DNA of 63,764 nucleotides, filler included, from Vannella sp. (Eukaryota): the NCBI GenBank assembly GCA_023345925.1. It is 6 parts of 6 records of this genome, joined end to end, with 100 filler letters (N's around TTAATTAATTAA, not from the genome) between each part and the next. Parts side by side here need not be neighbours in the genome. Positions count along the whole stretch, not along the records: positions 52,731 to 58,998 come from JAJQQN010001367.1; positions 59,099 to 63,764 come from JAJQQN010000282.1; 4 more parts are not named here. The stretch is one strand, 5' to 3'. Below the pieces are notes generated by a model. The model searched no databases. It was not told where the DNA came from and worked only from the letters and a program-made list of their open reading frames with translations. Position numbers and translations under genes: made by a program. Shown piece by piece: positions 57,044 to 63,764 of the stretch (positions are counted from its first letter, which is position 1; each line of letters begins with the position of its first letter).

Positions 57044-57784
57044 TTATCTGTGCTGGAAGATGAGGCTGATGTGAGTGCGGTAGATGATGGAATGGATCTC
57101 TCGGATGCCTTGGTGGCGATACCCGCGGTCTAATAGGTCCTGGATCATCCTGTTATCGCCACCCAGTAGTTCGTAGTGGTCTGTTCCCTCAGAGAGTTCA
57201 TCCAGCAGGTAGGATTCGCAGTAGGGAGGTCGGGAGATGATGCCGAGGACGACGAGGTCGCCGGGTTGCTGCAAGTCGCCCATCTTCGAGAAGAAGGACT
57301 TGAGGAGGTCCGGTGTACGCTTCCATTTAGTAACCCACGGGCATTGGAACCATACGACGTCTACTGGGAGGTTGTGGGGAAGGGACAGAGCGTCTACGGC
57401 TTGCTGCCAGGGGTTGTCCTCCGTCTTAAACCCGGCGATCGTGTCGATGTACTGGAGGACGGGGGCGTCAGGAGAGCACTCTCGTCTGTTACGGAGGATG
57501 TTGCGGATGGTAAGGACTTGGGCCTCTGCAAAGGCAGGCTTCTCCGAATGGTAGGAAGTGGCGAAGACGTTTCGCCACGAGTGTCGCAAGCACGCGAACG
57601 CCATCGAGAAGGTAAAGTCACCTTCCCCTAAGAAGAGGACGGGTGTCTCTGGATCCATCACCTTCTCAGGCATCGCTACCCGACGGACGGAGACGTTCTT
57701 CCCCAAAGGCTTCAGCTCCACCACAAAGTCCGCTTCGTCCATGGAGACGGAGACCGAAGCGCCAAATAGTGTTTCGAACGTCAT
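57044..57784 (-). CDS. DUF2431 / BMT5-like Rossmann methyltransferase-domain protein
   Basis: LFLGEGDFTFS, ATSY, VDA, WFQCPW, LLKSFF motifs; start could be at 57742. Confidence 0.75.
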   Translation of the reverse strand: MTFETLFGASVSVSMDEADFVVELKPLGKNVSVRRVAMPEKVMDPETPVLFLGEGDFTFSMAFACLRHSWRNVFATSYHSEKPAFAEAQVLTIRNILRNRRECSPDAPVLQYIDTIAGFKTEDNPWQQAVDALSLPHNLPVDVVWFQCPWVTKWKRTPDLLKSFFSKMGDLQQPGDLVVLGIISRPPYCESYLLDELSEGTDHYELLGGDNRMIQDLLDRGYRHQGIREIHSIIYRTHISLIFQHR

Positions 57785-57794
57785 TTGCAGGAGG

Positions 57795-58268
57795 ATGGGC
57801 GGGGCGGGGAGTTCCCCGCAGCCGAAGAGGGTGGAAGCGGGGTTGGAAGTGCTCTGTTTGAGGAAGGGCGACCGGCCGTTTGGTGAGCTTCTAGCTCTGG
57901 TTGATGATGATCTACAAGGGCTCTTGGCAGAGGTGGAAGAGATCGAGAGGAAACACCGGCACTTTGAGGAGAACGGTGCCGTGTGGCCTCCGGCTCTTCA
58001 GGAGACTATGGAAGAGCGTTTCTCTCGCTATCATACGACTAAGCGAGAGTGTGCTCGCTTGGAAGAGATCCTCACGAGGATTCAGCTGCGCTTGGACGGA
58101 GCGAACCTGCCCCGTGTTCTAAACGAGGACGGGGAAGAGGTTAGTGACCCTCAAGCCAGGGTCCAGCGCAGCAGCGCGATACGACAAGCGGAGGATCTTA
58201 TTGGGAAGCTTCAGAAGCAACGAGAAGCGGTTCTACAAGTGGAGGGACAACTCGAATCCAAGTTATGA
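57795..58268 (+). CDS. N-myristoylated BAG-domain-like protein
   Basis: MGGAGSS; LEEILTRIQLRLDG...ARVQRSSAIRQAEDLI resembles BAG helices 2-3. Confidence 0.6.
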   Translation: MGGAGSSPQPKRVEAGLEVLCLRKGDRPFGELLALVDDDLQGLLAEVEEIERKHRHFEENGAVWPPALQETMEERFSRYHTTKRECARLEEILTRIQLRLDGANLPRVLNEDGEEVSDPQARVQRSSAIRQAEDLIGKLQKQREAVLQVEGQLESKL

Positions 58269-58338
58269 AGGAGAATTCATTCGCGCGATGGATGCGGTTA
58301 TCCAATGAAGGTCTGAACGTTCACCTTCCTAGAAGGAG

Positions 58339-58998
58339 TCAGCTAATGGCGACCTTCTTGCTTCCTGGAGAAACTTGAGCGCAACAAGAAGTTGGAGGAT
58401 CTGGCTGGAGATGAGATGGACTCGAACTGCACTTGGTTGAGGATTGGACTTACCCAATAGAAGAAGGAGCAAGGTTGGGTGTTCTTCTCTCCCCTGAATT
58501 CTGGAAGAATCGGGGCGTGAAGAGAGACTGGGACGCTCCTGCAGCTGTGGAGACCCTTGCTTCAGGCTCTGTTCGCCGTACCATCGCGAATCTCTCGACT
58601 GTGGAGACACCTGGACTCTTCGGAAGGTTGCTTGGCCGGCTGGAAAGTGGAGTTCGAGACGGCACTCTCTTAAATGCCTTGTGCGGCGATCGTGGCACCT
58701 CAGTCAATGGTCGGATACGCCGAATCACTGGCTCAGAAGCCATTTGAGGAGTGGTTATCTCTCCTGGGAAGGTCATCTGCCCCATCGGTTGGGGTACGGG
58801 AGCCGGTCTACTTCTCTCCTCAGCTCTCTCCCTCCTCTCTCGTTGTAACTGTTCGGAAAGGGACTTGACATCGGCCTGATGCTCCAGCATCATCTTAGTC
58901 TTCTCTGCCTCAGCTTTTTTCAAGTCCTCTGCAGTAGTATGGCTCTCTTGTTGGTGGTATTGCAGCTCTGTGTTCTTTTGGTAGTTGTAGAACTCGAT
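58339..58998 (-). CDS. 3' part of coiled-coil protein, possibly HEI10/CCNB1IP1-like (5' truncated)
   Basis: IEFYNYQKNTELQYHQQ + coiled coil + S/P/R-rich tail; last exon uncertain. Confidence 0.5.
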
Positions 58999-59098
58999 NN
59001 NNNNNNNNNNNNNNNNNNNNNNNNNNNNNNNNNNNNNNNNNNTTAATTAATTAANNNNNNNNNNNNNNNNNNNNNNNNNNNNNNNNNNNNNNNNNNNN
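58999..59098. other. Artificial contig spacer
   Basis: 44 N + TTAATTAATTAA + 44 N. Confidence 0.99.
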
Positions 59099-59138
59099 GC
59101 CATGACAACCATGGCACTTCCTGTCTGGCTGGTGAAGG

Positions 59139-60530
59139 ATGATGCGCCTTGTGGGAGTTCTTGCCCTGGCCTTGCTGGCTTCTATTGCCTGCGCCTCAGA
59201 TGTTGTTGATCTCACTCCTGAGAACTTTGACACATTGGTGGATGGAAGCCGCCCTGCGTTCTTGGAGTTCTACGCTCCTTGGTGCGGACACTGCAAGAAG
59301 TTGGCCCCTGTAGGTTCTTTGCCTGAGTCGTACGTTCACCCTTAACCTTTGGAGTAGGAGTATGAAGTGATTGCTACTGCCTTCAAGAACAAGAACGTTC
59401 TTATCGCCAAGGTAGACTGCGACCAACACCGCGAGCTTTGCAGCCGCTTCGATGTCAGCGGATATCCCACCCTCAAGTGGTTCCAGACCTTGGAGGACAT
59501 TCAACCGTAGGACCTACCTTATGTCAGAGGAACTCTCTTCTAACCTTCCCCATCTAGTTACAGCGGCGGTCGCACTGCGGCAGATATCATCAAGTTTGTC
59601 AGCTCTAAGACTGGTGCGTACATGAACATGGCCTTGTCGCATATTCTGTTCTTACTGGGAGGTTAGGCTTGAAGGCCCGAGTCCCTGGAGCCGCCCCCAG
59701 CTTCGTCGTTGATCTGACTCCCTCCAACTTTGACAAGATCGTCCTTAACAAGAAGGATAACGTCTTGGTCGAGTTCTACGCTCCCTGGTGTGGACACTGC
59801 AAGAGCCTCACTCCCATCTACGAGCAGTTGTCTCGCGTTTTTGAGAACGAAGAGGAGGTCCGTCTGCATGAACGCTTCAACAACCTTCTCACCCTCATAC
59901 GCAACAGGTCACCATTGCCCGCGTCGATTGCGACGCCAACCGCGAGCTTTGCAGCCGGTACGTGAGCAGTTGGGTTAGGAATGAACTCTGATCAATGGCA
60001 GATTCTCTGTGTCTGGCTACCCCACTATCAAGTTCTTCCCTACTTCTGAGAAGGTTGAGCCCGAGAGCTTCGATGGAGGCCGTGACATCGACTCTCTTGT
60101 CACCTTCATCAACGACAAAGTTGGAACTCAACGCAACACCAACGGCCGTCTGAGCGAGTCTGTAAGTCGTTCCACTTGTCATGACCACATTCGTTGACGA
60201 TGTAAAGGCTGGACTCCTCAGTGAGTTCGATGCTCTTATCGCCAGCTTCAACGCTGCGAAGGACAAGAAGAGTCTCCTTAAGGAGGTCGAATCTGTCGTC
60301 AAGAGTGTGAAGGACAAGTAAGTCAGACACACAGCCCAACCAGATCCCTGACAAAGATGGTCAGACTCGCTAAGGTTTACCAAGTCGCTTTCGCCAAGAT
60401 CTCTGAGGATGCTGGTTACGCCGAGAAGGAGATTGCTCGACTTGATCGCATGGTAAACGGTGGCTCTTTGAGCTCCAAGAAGGTCGACGAGTTCACCAAA
60501 CGAGTGAACATCCTCCGTCAGTTCCAATAA
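59139..60530 (+). CDS. Protein disulfide isomerase, a-a'-D (ERp38/ERp29C) type
   Basis: Signal peptide; two [10 protein letters not shown] sites; GYPT motifs; helical D domain ([13 protein letters not shown]...RVNILRQFQ*); no KDEL; about 8 exons. Confidence 0.95.
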
Positions 60531-60596
60531 ACCGTGACTCCCACCTAACTGGAGAGTGATACAAGGAAGTTTACAAAGCTGGAGAAGAAAGAAGCA

Positions 60597-61076
60597 TCAA
60601 TAGGCTGCCTCACTGACTCCACGGATTCGTCGTGCAAGTTGGATGTCGCGCTTCATGACAGTCACCCGCTTTGCATGGATGGCGCAGAGGTTTGAGTCTT
60701 CAAAGAGGTGGGTAAGGTACGCTTCAGCACTCTCTTGTATAGCCAGGATGGCCCCAGCAGCAAAGCGGTACTCCACACCGTGCCGCCCAAAGTTCATCGC
60801 GATCTCTCGGACAACTCGAGCGAAGGGGAGCTTGGGGATGAGAAGATCAGTAGTTCTTTGGTAGGCCCGAATCTCTCTCAGTGCGAGTGTTCCTGGTCTG
60901 TATCGCAAGGGTTTGGGGGAAGCCACTGCAGCGACTTGATTTCTTGGGGACTTTGGAGAGGCCGGTGTAACGGGCCTTTTCTTTGGTTGTATCACTTTTC
61001 TTCTTGAAGACCCAGTTGGACTGGGGGTGCTTCCCGCAGGGCTTTTGTTGGCGTAGTATGGATAAGACTTTGGCAT
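60597..61076 (-). CDS. CENH3: Centromeric histone H3 variant (CenH3/CENP-A)
   Basis: H3 fold ([13 protein letters not shown]...[20 protein letters not shown]) with non-H3 N-tail, FAR for FQR, longer loop 1 ([11 protein letters not shown]), EDS for EDT. Confidence 0.85.
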   Translation of the reverse strand: MPKSYPYYANKSPAGSTPSPTGSSRRKVIQPKKRPVTPASPKSPRNQVAAVASPKPLRYRPGTLALREIRAYQRTTDLLIPKLPFARVVREIAMNFGRHGVEYRFAAGAILAIQESAEAYLTHLFEDSNLCAIHAKRVTVMKRDIQLARRIRGVSEAAY

Positions 61077-61121
61077 AGCAAATGATGACAACCTTGTCAG
61101 GGAAGAGAGCTTGGCAGTTCC

Positions 61122-61137
61122 TTTCCCGCGCTTTTCA
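61122..61137. promoter_or_regulatory. E2F-type site upstream of CenH3
   Basis: TTTCCCGCG at 61122-61130, followed by TTTCAA, about 45 bp upstream of the CenH3 ATG. Confidence 0.4.
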
Positions 61138-61355
61138 ATTCTGTGGCCAATATTTGAGTGTGAGCAGAAACCCCGCTCACATTTTCTTTTGTTTGAAAGT
61201 TGACCAATGTGGTCCTTAGAGGAATAGTTTGCCTACACCTTCCTTACTATTCAATGATGAGCGTTTTGGGGGTCGCAAAAAGGCATACCAATAAATCAAT
61301 GAATGAATTAATGAATCTGGCTCACTCTATGAGCATTGTTTGGGGACCAGCCGGG

Positions 61356-62735
61356 ATGGCGGTGAGCGTGGATCATCTGAGGAGGACGCTGTCCCATCCT
61401 TTGCTGGATACCTTGTTCAAAGAGTTCTGCTTGGAGGATAGAGAGGAGAATATGGCGTTGCAGTTCTGGTTGGCTGTGGAAGAGTTCCGCTCCATCTTGG
61501 ACTCTGTTTGGCTGCGCATCCGCGCGAACTCGATCTTTAACGAGTACCTGGGTGAGAAGCAGTTGCAAGTACGAGAGAACACCTTCTTTACGCTTAACAG
61601 CCGCATGAGGAACAACCGCTTCAACTCCAAGATGTTTGACACTTCACAAGAGGAGATCTTCGAGTTCCCCTTGAGCAACGCTGTCCGTCGCTTCTTACAG
61701 AGTGACCTGTACCATGAGCAGTATGATAAGCTACGCCGTGCTCTCCTGTTTGTCAATCTGAACGATGCCGCCGGTTTCCAAGCTGCTCAGGGTGGTCTGA
61801 CGTGTTCCATAGCCTACGGGGATCAGCAGGAGACGAGTGTAACCACATCTTCACAAAAGTGTACGTGGGTGGACGACGATGAGATCCACAAGCTTGAGAT
61901 CCTCGCTTCAAAGACCACGGACTTGCGACTGGACTTGTTCGTTCGTAACGACAGCTGCTGGAAGGAGGACCATCTTGTAGGTACTGTGACTATTCCTTCT
62001 GTGTCCATATGGGACGAGAAGCCGGCACAGATCTGGTACTCGCTCGAGGGAACCTCTGAGGAGTTCCAAGCGGCTCAGATCCAAGTCGGCGTGCTGATGG
62101 TGCATCGTCCGTTCCCTGGTATCTCAGTGGGGGAGCTTAACTTCTCGAATCCTCTGGCTACTAGCTGCAGTTACGGCCACTACAGTGCTGTACGAGCTCT
62201 TCTGGCGAGCGGACATCCCATTGATGACCGTGTAGCGGAGAGCAATCGCACGTCACTGCAAGTAGCTGTCATCAAGAACAGGGGGAAGATCGTTCAGCTT
62301 CTACTGAACCAACAAGCCGACCCGGACACTGTCGATTCTCACTCACAAACTGCCATGCACTTGGCGGCTCAGTTCGCCCCTCATCTTTGTCATATGCTAG
62401 TGAGCGCAGGGGCCCGTGTGGATACAAAGGAGCTATTTCAAAATGGCCAAACCTCTTTGCACATGCTTGCAACGCACAACTACACGGAAGCGTTGGAGTT
62501 CCTGGTGGAGAAGGGAGCGAACATTGATTCAGTGACACTCGACGGAATCACTCCTCTGCACAAGGCTGTAGAACAAGGAAACATCGATTCTGTTCGGATC
62601 CTTCTCAAGAACCGTGCGAAGACGAATCTGAAGGACGAGGAAGGAGTAACAGCCTTGGCACTGGCTGAGAAACTCGGGAACAAGTCCCCCACTCGCGCAG
62701 AGATCCTTCAAATGATGAAAACACCACTACAATAG
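61356..62735 (+). CDS. RGS-C2-ankyrin repeat protein
   Basis: RGS: LFKEFC..EENMALQFWLAVEEFR..ANSIFNEYL..RFLQSDLY. C2: LRLDLF..DHLVGTVTIP..WYSL. 5-6 ankyrin repeats. Confidence 0.85.
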   Translation: MAVSVDHLRRTLSHPLLDTLFKEFCLEDREENMALQFWLAVEEFRSILDSVWLRIRANSIFNEYLGEKQLQVRENTFFTLNSRMRNNRFNSKMFDTSQEEIFEFPLSNAVRRFLQSDLYHEQYDKLRRALLFVNLNDAAGFQAAQGGLTCSIAYGDQQETSVTTSSQKCTWVDDDEIHKLEILASKTTDLRLDLFVRNDSCWKEDHLVGTVTIPSVSIWDEKPAQIWYSLEGTSEEFQAAQIQVGVLMVHRPFPGISVGELNFSNPLATSCSYGHYSAVRALLASGHPIDDRVAESNRTSLQVAVIKNRGKIVQLLLNQQADPDTVDSHSQTAMHLAAQFAPHLCHMLVSAGARVDTKELFQNGQTSLHMLATHNYTEALEFLVEKGANIDSVTLDGITPLHKAVEQGNIDSVRILLKNRAKTNLKDEEGVTALALAEKLGNKSPTRAEILQMMKTPLQ

Positions 62736-62817
62736 CCTTTCCAATGTTAGCTAACTCTCCTATCCGTTCCTGAGAGGGCAAACAAAGCAGTTCCAGGGGT
62801 GAGTCAAGTGCCGTTTG

Positions 62818-63764
62818 TTAGTCTGAAGCCGCGTGGGGCTGATAGATCTCTGCGAGGATCTCCATAGCGCCTTGGCTCCTTAGTAGCTGAGCCAAGTCCC
62901 TTCCAAGGGCTTCAGAAGCAGCCACAGAGAAAGTCTCACTCTCCAAGTGGCCGTGGACGGAGCGGCTGCCGTCGAGATTGAGAACAATCGCTTCTAGACG
63001 TATGCCTGTAGGATGTGGACTATCTTGGCTGGGCAGGAGAAGGGTGTGGACCCCGATGGGGACCTGACAGCCGCCCTCCATCTCCCTCATGAATGCTCTC
63101 TCAGATCGGCACCGGATCGCCGAGGGCTCATGATGGACGGTTTGTATGATGGATTGGACGAAATCATCGTTCTCACGGCACTCCACAGCTAAGGCTCCTT
63201 GCCCCACAGCGGGTAGGCACGTTTGAAAGGAGATTCTCTCGCTGATCCGGCTTCCCAGCCCCATTCTCTCCAAGCCAGCGGAGGCAAGGATGATAGCGTC
63301 AAAGCCAAAGGCTTCGTAGTCGTCCAGCTTGGCCAGTCTTGTCTGGAGATTGCCTCTGGCTTGTTTGGTGAGTCGGAGGAACGGTTGTAGAGCCTTTGAA
63401 GCTCACCTCACACTCTTAAAGGTGAACTGAGGGAACTGGCGCTTGAGTTGGGCGACTCTCCGCAACGAGGAGGTCCCAATGAGACTCCCTTCAGGGAGTG
63501 TGGCCAGTGTGAGGACCTGAGAGGGCCTGCGGTAAGAGAAGAGAGTAAACCACAAGGATAGAACTCACTTGATGTCGTGCGTGGAGCACGACCGCGTCAG
63601 ACGAGTCTTCGCGCTCAGTGATCGCCCCGATGACGAGTCCTTCAGGAAGCAGCGTAGGCATGTCCTTTAGGGAGTGTACAGCGATATCTGCACGATCCTC
63701 CTGCAAGGCCACCTCAAGCTCCTTGGTAAAGAGGCCCTTATCACCGATCTTGTTGAGAGAAACG
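62818..63764 (-). CDS. hemC: Porphobilinogen deaminase / hydroxymethylbilane synthase (5' truncated)
   Basis: [58 protein letters not shown]; two introns. Confidence 0.97.

Overview
Eukaryotic (protist) nuclear DNA, not prokaryotic. The window is six unrelated contigs joined by artificial 100-bp spacers (44 N + TTAATTAATTAA + 44 N): 1-12244, 12345-40666, 40767-47961, 48062-52630, 52731-58998 and 59099-63764. The genome is very compact, with about 35 genes, short GT-AG introns (mostly about 40-60 nt, CTRAC/CTCAC branch motif close to the AG) and the standard genetic code. The ORF track therefore fragments or misses many genes, which I re-spliced by eye. The gene set (TSET/TPLATE-like adaptor, divergent STAT-like protein, cNMP-GRAM-cNMP module, SLC38A9, a-a'-D PDI) is most consistent with an amoebozoan-like phagotroph; this is an inference. 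The most notable items are: (1) an LRR gene built from tandem 72-nt symmetric exon+intron cassettes with variation focused on the LRR beta-strand face, a candidate diversifying recognition-receptor system; (2) a STAT-like protein whose SH2 lacks the pTyr arginine; (3) bacterial-type peptidoglycan-related enzymes (intron-containing M15 peptidase, DapF with Ser in place of both catalytic Cys); (4) a DH-PH-cNMP-GRAM-cNMP GEF; (5) Boule-like and HEI10-like meiosis candidates; (6) a fold-back element, a dispersed ~80-bp repeat and phased promoter motifs. All family assignments come from motif recognition only; no searches were run.
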